Source: Macrostomum lignano (Eukaryota). Taken from it: a stretch of 64,000 nucleotides of DNA. Below, in pieces: positions 1 through 29,398 of this stretch. Where the stretch lies: assembly GCA_002269645.1 (NCBI GenBank), contig NIVC01000271.1:62001-126000 (forward strand), written 5' to 3'. A model generated the notes under the pieces. It had not been told where the DNA came from. It worked only from the letters and a program-made list of their open reading frames with translations, and made no database searches. Every line of letters starts with the position of its first letter. Position 1 is the first letter of the stretch. A program made the translations under genes and the position numbers.

Positions 1-1
1 G

Positions 2-253
2 CATCAATTCCGCCGGATGTTAGAGCGCAGCGAGTTCGCTGACAAGTACAGCGTGTACGTTTCTGTACACGACGCGGTACTGAGCGCCCTGGCTGATTAT
101 CCCAATCAGCGAGCACGACTGGCCTCAGACGCTAGGAGCGGCTCGTCTATAGTTGACACGGCGGATACCGCGGCTGTGTTTGAAAGTCAGCGATTGCTGC
201 AGCAGACTGGCGAGTCGCGTGATACCAGCAGCCGGGCTGGATTGAACGTTTGA
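2..253 (+). CDS. 3' coding exon (partial) of a probable SLC26 anion transporter, end of STAS domain
   Basis: Frame is open from base 2: HQFRRMLERSEFADKYSVYVSVHDAVLSAL, stop at 251-253. The (F/Y)xSVHDAVL motif is typical of the end of SLC26 STAS domains. The rest of the gene lies upstream of the window. Confidence 0.6.
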   Translation, partial: HQFRRMLERSEFADKYSVYVSVHDAVLSALADYPNQRARLASDARSGSSIVDTADTAAVFESQRLLQQTGESRDTSSRAGLNV

Positions 254-390
254 GGCTTCTGTTTGTGTTTTTTGTGTGCTGTTGCTGCACACGGCATTCT
301 TTAAACAAGGAAAAGTTAGTCAGTTAGGAAGGACAGGATTTTCCTTTGTTTTTTAGATACTTAGCCAGTTCTTTAGTTATTTTTATTTAC

Positions 391-406
391 TTAGTTAGTT
401 AGTCAC

Positions 407-439
<33 letters not shown>

Positions 440-593
440 CAGTTAGTTAGTCAGTTAGTCAGTTAGTCAGTTAGTTACTTAGTCAGTTAGTTAGTCAGTT
501 AGTTAGTCAGTTAGTTAGTCAGTTAGTTAGTCAGTTAGTTAGTTAGTTAGTTAGTCAGTCAGTTAGTTAGTCAGTCAGTTAGTCAGTCAGTTG

Positions 594-635
<42 letters not shown>

Positions 636-840
636 CAGTCAGTTAGTTAGTCAGTCAGTTAGTTAGTCAGTTAGTTAGTTAGTCAGTCAGTTAGTTAGTC
701 AGTCAGTTAGTTAGTCAGTTAGTTAGTTAGTTAGTTAGTCAGTCAGTTAGTTAGTTAGTTAGTCAGTCAGTCAGTTAGTTAGTTAGTTAGTCAGTCAGTT
801 AGTTAGTCAGTCAGTTAGTCAGTCAGTCAGTTAGTCAGTC

Positions 841-875
<35 letters not shown>

Positions 876-908
876 CAGTCAGTTAGTTAGTCAGTCAGTT
901 AGTCAGTC

Positions 909-971
<63 letters not shown>

Positions 972-1068
972 CAGTCAGTTAGTCAGTCAGTCAGTTAGTT
1001 AGTTAGTTAGTTAGTTAGTCAGTCAGTTAGTTAGTCAGTCAGTTAGTTAGTCAGTCAGTTAGTCAGTC

Positions 1069-1103
<35 letters not shown>

Positions 1104-1152
1104 CAGTCAGTTAGTTAGTCAGTCAGTTAGTCAGTCAGTTAGTTAGTCAGTC

Positions 1153-1195
<43 letters not shown>

Positions 1196-1298
1196 CAGTC
1201 AGTTAGTTAGTCAGTCAGTTAGTTAGTCAGTTAGTTAGTTAGTCAGTCAGTTAGTTAGTCAGTCAGTTAGTTAGTCAGTTAGTTAGTTAGTTAGTAGT
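391..1298. repeat. (TTAG)n/(TCAG)n compound microsatellite
   Basis: Directly visible tetranucleotide array. Confidence 0.98.
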
Positions 1299-1440
1299 TA
1301 TTCGACCCTCAGCCAGCAGTCATGCCCAATCCGTGACCCCTGAGCACGCATACACAAGGATTAGTTCTTGTTTTTCCTAGCGTACGGATTCGAACCCAGG
1401 GACAGCGTCTGTAGCGCAAGACTGTCGGTCGTGTTGAAGT
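1299..1440 (-). mobile_element. Degenerate tRNA-derived SINE-like relic (second family)
   Basis: Exact B-box GGTTCGAATCC on the minus strand (1386-1396). Its 3' part gtatgcgtgctcagggg..cggattgggc resembles the 3' motif of the SINE at 29038-29398. No clear A-box and no complete cloverleaf. Confidence 0.45.
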
Positions 1441-2883
1441 TCGTGTGCAGCAAGAATACATTTCTGGCTGACTGATTTGTATCTCATATTTAGCATAGAC
1501 GGATAGAGTTCATTAGTGTAGCCGCTTTTTGGTCACAGGAATCAGCCACTTATTTGTGTTTCATTCGATTCACTATATTTACCTTTAATTCACTTTTCCC
1601 TGTGTATTCAATAATTTCATAGATATAGGAATCAGGAGGCTTGTCGGTAATCTCTTTGATCTATCTATGCATATTTAGATGGCACACTTTCAAGCAGACC
1701 TCGTGGTTTTTTACTTGCTTCTTTAAAATTCCTATTCATTTAGATCGATAATATTTACATGCCTGAACCTGAAACCGAGAACTACTATTAGTAGAAGTTT
1801 TGAAGAAATCATTTCTTTGAAAAAAATTCATGTTATTTGCGTGGTTGACAAAATCTTTATTTTCTATAAACGAAGTTTTCAGTTTTACTTATAGTAGTAA
1901 TAGAATCTGCGAATTAATTTTTTTATATTGAATGCGTTGATATTATTTATACTTGTACATGTGATTTCTGGATTGCTTGTCTGGCGTAGTAAAAAATATA
2001 GCAATAATATAATGTTAACTGGTGATATTCATAGAATATATATTTCCTAACTTATAATTTACATACCGACGCCAAACTAGCAATCCATCGATTTTATATA
2101 CATGTATACAAGCTCTTTTCTACCTTTATATATTACGGACACTATATAAAAACGAATTTATTCATATTTTTCTATTGCTATTTCCTCAATCTTTAATGAG
2201 TAGTTTCTATAGAACTTTTTACAATTACAGTTTTTTTCAGCAGCTGATTTGATCTTTTCTCTAGTATAGTCATACTTGGTAAAGTTGTAATACTTAATGC
2301 GCTTTACATACAGTCCTGCGTATAACACTGTATCCCTCTGCACTTTTTGGATTCGTGTTTTTATATCTTCAATAGTTTTCTATATATATATCAAAATTTC
2401 AGTTTTAATTGCGTTTTCCTACTTTTGATGGTTCTTTTGTTGCCAATAAGTTGTCTACTGCGTTTTATGTTCCGTTACTTATGCTATTTATGGTTATTAA
2501 TGCTCTTATGTAATATTGATTTTTTGCACAGTTGCCTAAATCATTGCACTGCTAATGAATTGTCAATTTGTCTATAGTGTACTTTAATGACCATTTACAG
2601 TGTTAAGAATAGCTAAAGAGTCACTCTAGCGAATCTGGGGCGACTATTGTGATTTTTAACAACTCAAACGACTGTAATGGGGTGGAGAGGCTTTCCTTGA
2701 GTTGCAGAATTGTAAAAGAGTCGCGAAAAAAAGTCATCTAAGAGTGTTGCTAGCTCTGAACTCCCTACTAACTCAAGTAGACTAAATAGAGTTGTTAAAA
2801 AATGGGAAAGGCGATTCTAATTCAGTGACGCAGATGCGCTTTGATGCAAGTCGGTGAGTCTACAGACTACAGCGACTCTTAGC

Positions 2884-3325
2884 CATAGATACTAAAATAT
2901 CTAGATGGGTCACTCAGGCATATATATACTTAGTAAAACAGCTTTCTACTTTCAGTTCAGTAGCAAAGAAGAATACATAAGCTATTTTATAAAATTAAGG
3001 CAGCTGAAATGACTTTGATAAGTTTAGAAGCCCGAGCTTGCAGGCGTAAACAACTTGCTAATTGGTTCGGCAATAGTGTACATTGGCCAGTCCACTGAAA
3101 TGTACATGGCAGCTTTAGACTGGAATTCCGAGAAAGGCAATAAAAATTGGGGCGGGGCGGGGGTTGAGTGGAAAGGCGCGGTTAGAGGGTTTAAGCTGGG
3201 GAGCCAATAAATGAGCCTTGGCTTTAAAAATAAATTAAAATGCTTCTGTTTAACTTACTACTGAACTAAAAGTAGCTTACACGCAAATGTGCTGAGTGGC
3301 CCATCTAGTTAGTCTAGTATCTGTT
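2884..3325 (+). mobile_element. MITE (442 bp) with imperfect TIRs and 8-bp TSD; P-element-like termini
   Basis: Left end CATAGATACT..ctagatgggtcactcag and right end ctgagtggcccatctag..AGTATCTGTT. Perfect TSD ctcttagc at 2876-2883 and 3326-3333. Related copies at 30410-31258 and 34001-34335. Confidence 0.85.
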
Positions 3326-4064
3326 CTCTTAGCACACCCCAGATACGACTCTACGACCCCAGAGTCATTTCAAAGTGGCAGACAATAAAACGGCTCAAAT
3401 TGACTCTTAGGCAACTCTTTGACCACTTTTTGGCGACTTTGTACCTCGAAATCTTGTCGTTTTAGAGCCGTTTAGAGTCGCTTCTTTCCTATTTTACCTG
3501 TGTTACCTGGAACCACTCTGGATGAACGCTTCTTGGCTTAGGTACCGTTTTCATTTCATTTAGCTGGTCACATTGAATTGATAGACAAACAATTCATTTA
3601 TTAAACAAATAGCTTTCCTTACTTAAAATTGTTAATTTCAAAAACAATTTTTTATTGATCATGCACAGGTATTGTGAAAACTGTTGTGTTCATTTTGCAA
3701 GATGTTTTTCATTTTATCGGAATAAATATTTTTCTAATTTATTATATTTACACAAACTGTTTGCCCGCATGCATGCAGTTTGTCCTGATTTTGTCATTTG
3801 GCAACACAATATATTTACTTTTTTTCTGGTGCAATACTAAATAAGTATTCACATACGAGTAATTTACTTCAGCATAGTCTGTCGATTTAGTTGTGCTTTT
3901 GGTCCTGTAGCTAACAATAATATTTTGTCCTGTCATTTCGCCTAGTCTAAACTGCTGCTTCAATTTTTACGAACTCTCTAAACAATCGGCTTATGATTAT
4001 CTTGTATCTTGTGATTGATTACTAATCAATAAAATTGTTACTTCGATTCTCTAAATGTACTTTT

Positions 4065-4345
4065 CTGTTGTTGGGCTATGCTGTTAAGAAATATACTTTC
4101 ATGCCGTTGCAAAGTAGCTCAGAATGTACTTTCTGCGGTGGCTATGCAGCTTAGAAATGTACTTTTATGTTGTTGCTATGCAGCTCAGAAAAAGTTCTTT
4201 TCTACTGTTGCAATGCAGCTAAGAGTGTACTTTTCTACTGTTGCTATGCAGCTAAGAGTGTACTTTTCTACTGTTGCTGTTCAACTAAGAGTGTACTTTT
4301 CTGCTGTTGCTATGCAGCTCAAAATGTACTTTTCTATCGTTGCTA
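4065..4345. repeat. Degenerate ~39-bp minisatellite (gtacttttctactgttgctatgcagctaaga-like)
   Basis: Visible tandem units; the overlapping ORFs simply repeat the unit. Confidence 0.85.
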
Positions 4346-4885
4346 TTTATAAATGATTTTTGTCGGTTACAAAGCTTTGCACACCAATGCTTAAGTCATG
4401 CGGTTGCCAGTAGATAAATCAAAACAATGAATTCTTTTTGTGTCAAACGCGATTTATAAACAATTATACTTTTATTGAATATTTTTATACCCGAAAATTT
4501 TTCTATTGGTGTACTAAAATATTTAAAAAAATCGAATACTCGAAGCAATCTGTATGTGTTTATGTCATTAAATGTTTTACTTTAAAAATTGGATAATTAG
4601 TTTACTAAAGTTTGTGATGATTTTCCGCTAGTTCTCGTAAAACTATTTTATATTAGCAGGAAATATTTAGCAATTTGGTCACGTGCTGGTTTCTTTCTCT
4701 GTTCAATAGATAATAATTCTATATCACAATAAAATGTGCATGTCACAATAATTACGGTGTTGAGATTGTCCTGCTGATTATATTTTACCGTTTCTTGTGA
4801 TTTATTTGGATTTCATTTACTGTGCACTTAAGGCTTTTTTAGTTATCAGACCAGATGGTTGCAGATGTTCCCTAAAGAGTCGCGT

Positions 4886-5243
4886 CCCTACCCTAAAGAA
4901 AAATAGTCCCTACCCTACCCTAAACAACAGTTCCTACCCTACTCTAAAGAAGAATAGTCCCTACCCTACTCTAAAGAAGAATAGTCCCTACCCTACCCTA
5001 AACAACAGTTCCTACCCTACCCTAAAGAAGAATAGTCCCTACCCTACTCTAAAGAAGAATAGTCCCTACCCTACCCTAAACAACAGTTCCTACCCTACCC
5101 TAAAGAAGAATAGTCCCTACCCTACTCTAACAAAAGTCCCTACCCTACCCTAAACGACAGTCCCTCCCCTACCCTAAAAAAGAAGTCGCTACCCTACCCT
5201 AAAGAATAATAGTCCCTAGCCTACCCTAAAGAATAATAGTCCC
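4886..5243. repeat. 24-27-bp minisatellite (ccctaccctactctaaagaagaatagt)
   Basis: Visible tandem units upstream of ETFDH. Confidence 0.9.
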
Positions 5244-5521
5244 TAGCCTACCCTAAAGAATAATAGTCCCTACGCTACCCTATGAACTATCTTTCCCAAA
5301 AGCCCTATCCACACCTTTCTAAGCCCAGCATGGTTGGGCTTACTGGGGCTAAAGGTCAGTTACGATAAAAATGTTGATTAAACGCTGCTTTTATCTACCT
5401 GCTGCTGAGTCGAAATTAAACTGAAATTTCTGTTAAATAGTTACTCCTACCATTTTCATGTTACAAATTCGGAGTTTATTTATTCAACAAAAAATTAATT
5501 TCCGCAGACAGTAAGCAAACA

Positions 5522-6009
5522 ATGCTCTCAAGTAGCAGAGCTGCTTTGGTTGCTGCAGCAGCTAAGCTGCCCAGGCTGGTCACGCGCTACGGCTACTGCA
5601 CAACCGCGGCCGGGGAGCGGCAGCAGCAGAAGCCTCTGTCGCCAAAAATCACCACCCATCCAACTAGGAACGATCGCGCCAAAGATCCGCGCTGGAAAGA
5701 CATCGACATGACTCGCGCAGCTGACGAAGCCGACGTTGTTATTGTTGGCGGCGGGCCCGCCGGTCTCTCGGCCGCCTGTCGGCTGGCCCAGTTGAACGCC
5801 GAGAAGGGCACTGAAATGCGTATTGTGGTGCTGGAGAAGGCCTCGTCAGTGGGGGCGCATATTATGTCTGGGGCGTGCCTGGATCCAAAGGGTCTGGTTG
5901 AGCTGTTTCCGGACTGGCAGGTACTGCTTTTGCTCGTTTTTAGTTTATAAATTTTTCTAAGCTGACTAGTAATACTGTTAATTCGGTTCATTAGTTAGTT
6001 AGTTAGTGT

Positions 6010-6043
<34 letters not shown>

Positions 6044-6103
6044 GTGTTAGTTAGTTAGTTAGTTAGTTAGCTAGTTAGTGTGTTAGTTAGTTAGTTAGTT
6101 AGC

Positions 6104-6139
<36 letters not shown>

Positions 6140-6243
6140 CAGTAGGTTAGTTAGTTAGTTAGTTAGTTCGTTAGTTAGTTAGTGTGTTAGTTAGTTAGTT
6201 AGTGTGTTAGTTAGTTAGTGTGTTAGTTAGTTAGTTAGTTAGC

Positions 6244-6293
<50 letters not shown>

Positions 6294-6315
6294 TTTAGTT
6301 AGTTAGTTAGTTAGC

Positions 6316-6355
<40 letters not shown>

Positions 6356-6453
6356 CAGTTAGTTAGTTAGTCAGTTAGTTAGCTAGTTAGTTAGTTAGTT
6401 CGTTAGTTAGTTAGTGTGTTAGTTAGTTAGTTAGTGTGTTAGTTAGTTAGTGT

Positions 6454-6493
<40 letters not shown>

Positions 6494-6515
6494 TTTAGTT
6501 AGTTAGTTAGTTAGC

Positions 6516-6547
<32 letters not shown>

Positions 6548-8776
6548 CAGTTAGTTAGTTAGTTAGTTAGTTAGTTATTTAGTTAGTTAGTTAGTTAGCT
6601 AGTTAGTTAGTCAGTTAGGTAGTTAGTTAGTCAGTTAGTTAGCTAGTTAGTTAGTTAGTTAGTTTTTTCCTTGAGTGTCATTGAATCCTGAGTGACATTG
6701 AGTCCCTGATTCGCATTGTGTCCTTGAGTGACACTGTTTCTTGGAGTAACGTAAACATAAAATACCCTAGGGGTATTATAATTCCCGAGTAAAACTGTTG
6801 CATAATCGCCTAACAAACAGTATGACAATAATAGATGGTACTATAAAGTCTAAAACAGGTGTAAGCCATGATGTATTTCTAATTACTTATTACCAATATC
6901 CACCAGGAACGCGGCGCCCCGCTGCACACGCCGGTCACTGGTGACAAATTCTACATGCTAACAGAGAAGCGCGCCATACCGCTGCCCCTGCTGCCCGGCA
7001 TGCCCATGCACAACCATGGCAACTATATTGTCAGGCTGGGCAATGTGGTTGCTTGGCTAGGCGAACAGGCCGAAAGCCTTGGCGTTGAAGTCTATCCGGG
7101 CGTTGCCGCGGCCGAAGTTCTGTACACAGAGGACGGTTCCGCTGTCAAAGGCGTAGCAACTAACGATGTTGGCATAGCTAAAGACGGCTCGCCTAAGGAT
7201 AGCTTCGAACGGGGCATGGAGTTCCACTGCAAACAGCTCATCATTGCCGAGGGCACGCACGGCCACTTGGCCAAGCATCTGATTAACCGGTACGATCTAA
7301 GAGCTGGACGCGAACCCCAGACCTACGGTATCGGCTTCAAAGAGCTATGGGAATTGTCCGAAGATCGCTGGCGTCCCGGATATGTTGAACACGGAGTCGG
7401 TTGGCCGCTGGACTCCGGCACATACGGTGGATATTTTATCTACCATCTGAACGAAGGCTCGCCATTGGCAGCCGTGGGTTTTGTTGTCGGCTTAGACTAC
7501 TCTAATCCCTACTTGAGTCCGTTCCACGAGTTCCAACAGTTCAAGCATCATCCGCACGTGGCCGCCGCGCTCACTGGCGGCAAGCGGATTGGCTACGGCG
7601 CCAGGGCGCTTAACGAAGGCGGAGTGCAGAGCCTGCCTAAGCTGACCTTTCCTGGCGGGTGTCTAGTCGGCTGCACCGCCGGCATGATCAATGTGCCGAA
7701 GGTGAGCTGCTGAGTCTTTGCAGAATATCCACTCACCTTGATGCTGAATATCCCCTCATCTTGATGCTAAATATCCCCTCACCTTGATGCTGAATATCCC
7801 CTCACCTTGATGCTGAATATCCCCTCACCTTGATGCTGAATATCCCCTCATCTTGATGCTAAATATCCCCTCACCTTGATGCTGAATATCCCCTCACCTT
7901 GATGCTGAATATCCCCTCACCTTGATGCTAAATATCCCCTCACCTTGATGCTAAATATCCCCTCACCTTGATGCTGAATATCCCTTCATCTTGATGCTGA
8001 TTATCCTCTCATCTTGATGCTGACTATCCCTTAAATATCTAATAATAAAGATCTTATTATAGCTGAATATCGAAGCTAATTGATCTAATTGACTTTTCAC
8101 TGTCCATACCAAAACCGCACTATAGGTAAAAGGCACCCACAACGCTATGAAGTCCGGTTCCCTAGCGGCTGAAGCTGTTCACGAAGCAATCGGTTCCGGC
8201 GAAATCGAACCCGCGACCTACGAGGAAGCGTTGCGCAACTCTTGGGTGTACAAAGAGTTGCACAGCGTCAGAAACATTCGACCAAGTTTTCACCTGCTAA
8301 ATGGTCGCCTCGGCATGTTTGGCGGTATGGCCTACACTGGCGCTGTTTGGTATTTTACTCGGGGACGCGAACCCTGGACCTTCTCGCACGGCGGTACCGA
8401 TCATGAGAAACTATTGCCAGCCAAAGATTGCAAGCCGAAAGATTATCCAAAGCCGGACAATGTCCTATCGTTTGACTTGTTGAGTAGCGTAGCTCTCACG
8501 AGTACAAATCACGATCATGACCAGCCGCCTCATCTCACTTTGTATGACGATTCCGTACCTGGCCAAGTTAACCTGTCAGTCTACGACGGCCCCGAGCAAC
8601 GGTTCTGCCCAGCTGGCGTTTACGAATACGTCGAATTAGACGACGGTTCCAAGCGATTGCAAATCAACGCGCAGAATTGCATCCACTGCAAGACATGCGA
8701 TATTAAAGATCCGACTCAGAATATTAACTGGGTTACGCCGCAGGGTGGAGAAGGACCGGCTTATAACGGAATGTGA
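5522..8776 (+). CDS. ETFDH: Electron transfer flavoprotein-ubiquinone oxidoreductase (ETF-QO), mitochondrial, 614 aa
   Basis: Exons 5522-5920, 6907-7701 and 8126-8776, both introns phase 0 GT-AG. N-terminal basic/Ala-rich transit-like peptide, FAD motif [20 protein letters not shown], 4Fe-4S motifs RFCPAGVY and CIHCKTC, C-terminus GPAYNGM. Confidence 0.97.
5991..6664. repeat. (TTAG)n microsatellite in ETFDH intron 1
   Basis: Directly visible. Confidence 0.98.
7723..8032. repeat. 23-bp minisatellite (gaatatcccctcaccttgatgct) in ETFDH intron 2
   Basis: Unit spacing of 23 bp counted directly (7741, 7764, 7787). Confidence 0.95.
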
Positions 8777-9230
8777 TTGTTGCGAAGTGATTGACAGATT
8801 GATTAACGCTAATCACTGACGATATACGCATAGATGGGTCATTTCACTAATTTACTCGTGTACTAATTTACTCGTGTACTACTCTTAGTACCAGATGTAA
8901 GTGGCACAAAATTGGCGAAATTAGTTAATCAAACTTTGCAAACAATTTTACATACAATTTAATCGTATTTAAATTAAATAGCTAAGAAACGAGCTAATGA
9001 GGACTGAGGGGCTGTTATTATATTTGATTTTAGGCATGGCGCAGCTAGATCTGTACGCTCTGTGGACTGGCCAATGTACATTGTGTCCCCCTCTCTCCCT
9101 GCAGCCAATCAGCTCTGGTCTATCTGACTTGCAATAAAACGCCATTAAAAACTATTTAATGGCCTGGACAAATAAAGTTTTTATTTCTTGGCCTGACCAA
9201 TTAAAAAAAATAAAATGACAGCCTAGACTT

Positions 9231-9453
9231 ACTCAAGGAGGAGTGTACAGCGGCCCTAATTTTAAACTTTATTTATCGTTAGGCGTGTACACTTCACTGT
9301 GTCCCGGGGAGTTGGCCCTCTTAAGGGCGTTAATTGCACGAGCAGAGCCAAGCCGAGATTCCAATTTAGCCCCAACACATTAATGTGACTGCACTTGGAA
9401 TCGAGCCTGGGCCGCTGGCACATGAGAGCGCCGCGCAAGACCACTCTAGTTGC
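9231..9453 (-). mobile_element. Diverged, 3'-incomplete copy of the tRNA-derived SINE
   Basis: Aligns by eye with 29180-29398 (ggagtgtacag..gcagagccaagccgagattcca..gtgactgcacttggaatcgagcctggg). Confidence 0.85.
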
Positions 9454-10141
9454 TTTTCTTCTAACTTTTACACGATGTTAAGAATTTATCTTTGCGAAAA
9501 CAAATTGTACTACTGTCCCAAGAGTAGTCACGCGTATCGACACTGGTGGAGAATAGAGAATGGACCAATCTCGTTAATTTGATTAACTATGGTTGTTAAT
9601 AATCGATTTTTTGTTCATAAATATCGATAATTAACTATTAATTATTAATATCGCTTCAGGTAGAATGCTAGCTTTAGTAAACTGTCCCAGGCTCGCCAGA
9701 CTTCAATTTATTTAAATAGAATAAATTAAATTCTATTAGTATTTTAGTATTAGTATCTATTAGAAGTGGCTATTGGCAGTTTTACTAATAACCCCAGTAA
9801 GTGCAGTCAGTGTGAGAGATTATTTCAATTGAAAGAGCAAGTGCTCAAAGTTGTTTTGCCCGTGTACAAAGTTTTTAGTATATCATTAATTCATTATATT
9901 GTCAGTGAACCGACGTGTCGTAGTGTTATTCTTTAATTTTGATTTGCTTGCAATCGTCAATATTTCTTCTGTAATTAACGTTCAATTGCGTGTACCTATA
10001 TTTTAACCTCGTATGGGTCATTATTTTAATTATTGTGCATTGTAATATGGTGAAGCTTCTGGATTTCATCGATTTTTGTTTTGCTTTTTTATTTTACTAC
10101 AAGTGTAGCTAGTACTCGTAATTGGCTTAAACCCCTCTTGT

Positions 10142-11040
10142 TCACCCCTCTCTTAGCCCCTCTATATCTATCTCACCCCTCTCTTAGCCCCTCTATATCT
10201 ATCTCACCCCTCTCTTAGCCCCTCTATATCTATCTCACCCCTCTCTTAGCCCCTCTATATCTATCTCACCCCTCTCTTAGCCCCTCTATATCTATCTCAC
10301 CCCTCTCTTAGCCCCTCTATATCTATCTCACCCCTCTCTTAGCCCCTCTATATCTATCTCACCCCTCTCTTAGCCCCTATATATCTATCTCACCCCTCTC
10401 TTAGCCCCTATATATCTATCTCACCCCTCCCCTCCCATCTCTCCCCCCATCTCTCTGTCGCACTCCCTCCTATCTCCCTCACTCCCTCCCCATCTCCCTC
10501 ACTCCCCACCTCTCTCACTCCCTCCCTATCTCCATCACTCCCTTCCCATCTCTCTCACCCCTCCCCATCTCTCTTAACCCCTTCTTATCTCTTTCAACCC
10601 CTCCCTATCTCTCTCACCCCCTCCTTATCTCTCTCACCCCCTCCCCTATCTCTTTCAACCCCTCCCTATCTCTCTCACCCCCTCCCTATCTCTCTCACCC
10701 CCTCCCTATCTCTCTCACCCCTCCCCTATCTCTTTCAACCCCTCCCTATCTCTCTCACCCCCTCCCTATCTCTCTCACCCCCTCCCTATCTCTCTCACTC
10801 CCTCCCCATCTCTCTCACCCCTCCCCATCTCTCTCAACCCCTCCTTATCTCTCTCACCCCCTCCCTATCTCTCTCACCCCTCCTTATCTCTCTCACCCCT
10901 CCCCATCTCTCTCAACCCCTCCTTATCTCTCTCACCCCCTCCCTATCTCTCTCACCCCTCCTTATCTCTCTCACCCCTCCTTATCTCTCTCACCCCCTCC
11001 CCTATCTCTTTCAACCCCTCCCTATCTCTCTCACCCTCTC
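10142..11040. repeat. Pyrimidine-rich minisatellites: 31-bp unit (10142-10425) then ~20-21-bp unit
   Basis: tcacccctctcttagcccctctatatctatc repeats, followed by ccctatctctctcacccc-type repeats. Confidence 0.95.
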
Positions 11041-12620
11041 GTCCAGATTATCTCAGTGTTTTACAGTTATTAAGTTTTCTAATAGCTCCATTCATACTTT
11101 CACGGGTATCTGTAATTTAGGATTACAAAACAGTGTATAGTCTATAGAAAGTTCCAGGCTCAAATATCTGTACCTAATAAACGAGTAATTCTTAGCCGTC
11201 AATGCCTCTACAAAAATAAATTTGTGACAGGCCATAAACTACCGAACTAGTTAATGGCTTGAGTGGACGGAGGGAGGGCGGGTGTCGCGTTGACATTCTA
11301 AGCAGTAATAAAATAACACATTCTATTAATAATAGAATTCTTTCCCAGAATGCGCTCGCACATACACTGTGTAAGTTAGCTTGCATACAAAAGCGCAGAC
11401 CTGTGGTTCCGTGGAGTTCTTGATATTACTGCAATCTGTATTAGATCCTTCATCATTTATATTAATTAATTTGCACTCACAAAACTTGCATTATAAAAGT
11501 CTAAACACTTGGTTCTCTTTCTTTAAAATTCAATTCCTTAGAATTCTATTAGGGAAAAAGTAATTTTGTTCTCAATCTAGATTTATTTATTTGTTCTTTT
11601 AGTACTCCACGACTTTCGCCGATGCTTTTCTGCTTATACTATAGGGGTCGGCTTACTCCGACCCTCGGGTCATTTGAAACTTCACGATAGCAATCCAGCC
11701 AGCTCAAGGTTTGTGTCTCTTCTCAGCTCTCATCTTTCTAATCTCCTCTTCTCCTCTCTCCTCTCCTCCTCTCGTCTCGTCTCGTCTCGTCTCTTCTTAC
11801 GCTTCATCTTAGCAGTCATACGCCAGATTCTCTATCTTGCCCTGGAAATAACAAAGTTTTCCAACCCCTTTCTTAGACAGACCCTGAGTGAGGGACAAGT
11901 CTCATTCTAAAATGAGACTTGTCCTTAAAGAAGAGAGAAGCATTAGAGAGGCTGACTGCAGAAAAAATACCAGATAAAGGGGCGTACTGGTTAGGTCTAG
12001 AAATATAATAAAAGTGACTGTACACAACTACCGCCTATTGTATGGTGTGGCCTGTCTTGAGCATGTGCACGTACTCTAGCTATTGCTGGGCGTTGCCAAA
12101 TACAACTCACTGGTCTGGCTATCCGTGTGTGCTGCTCTGTCTCTCCCTATTCAAGGCAGGCTTGGAATGGTTTTAGAACTGTTTGCCCCGGGCTACAACA
12201 GACCGTGAGCTTATAATTCTTCAAAACCCTTGTGGTCGGCTGTTTATGCCTGAGCACAGTATGTGCACAGTCTTGTCCTTCTCTCGCCCCCTTCTCTGTC
12301 TATCTGTCTGTCTCCGTCGATCTCGCTATCTTCACCCTGATCCTTTCCTATCTGAGCGAGACAGTTGAGCAACAAAATTAGAAAAGAGAAGAAGATCGTA
12401 GCTGCTCAACAATATTGTCAGAGTTTTAAAACTTCACTGTTTCATCGAAATATAGTTTATTTGATACAAAAAATTGACATGTTTTGCAAGTTTTCTTAAA
12501 TCCCAAGACACTTTTAAACTTTATTTCAGCTTCTTCTTAGCTATTAACAGGCATCAGCTCAGTTAACTGTCGACTTCAGGCTTAGGTGTTTTTTCAACAA
12601 GAACAACAAACAGTTTGATC

Positions 12621-28938
<16,318 letters not shown>

Positions 28939-29037
28939 GTGAGTGGGATCTTGGGATCTTGATGGGGTCTAAATCGATATTAGGGCAAGAATTCGATATT
29001 TATAGATAAAAATCAATATTTTTAGATAAAAATCGAT

Positions 29038-29398
29038 TTTTTTATTAGAGGCAGGGGGGCTTTGTGCACCCTGGCGCACTTTAAGCGACATAGGCACACA
29101 ACCGGTGAGAGGCATTACTGCCCATTCCGCCGACTCCCCTGAGCAGGCATACAAGCGCGCGGATACGTACGCAGGCCCACACTCACATAGGAGTGTACAG
29201 TGGCCCTAACTTTATATTATCGTTAGGCATGTACACTTCACTGTGCCTTGGGGGGTTGGCTCTCAAGGCCGTTAATTGCACGAGCAGAGCCAAGCCGAGA
29301 TTCCAACTCAGCCCCAAATTAATGTGACTGCACTTGGAATCGAGCCTGGGTCGCTGGCACACCAGAGCAGCTGCGCTACCGCTGGGCTACGGCCCCCC
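29038..29398 (-). mobile_element. Full-length tRNA-derived SINE (~360 bp)
   Basis: A-box TAGCCCAGCGG, B-box-like GGCTCGATTCC, taataaaaaa tail. Flanked by gataaaaatcgat at 29025-29037 and 29400-29412 (probable TSD, although the flank is itself repetitive). Confidence 0.9.

Noticed and set aside
1376-1440. Functional tRNA gene
   Set aside because: B-box and an anticodon-like stem are present, but the T-stem and acceptor stem do not pair and there is no A-box. Treated as a SINE relic.
2597-3502. Older TIR element hosting the MITE (gagtc/gactc-rich flanks)
   Set aside because: End similarity is weak and no TSD was found.
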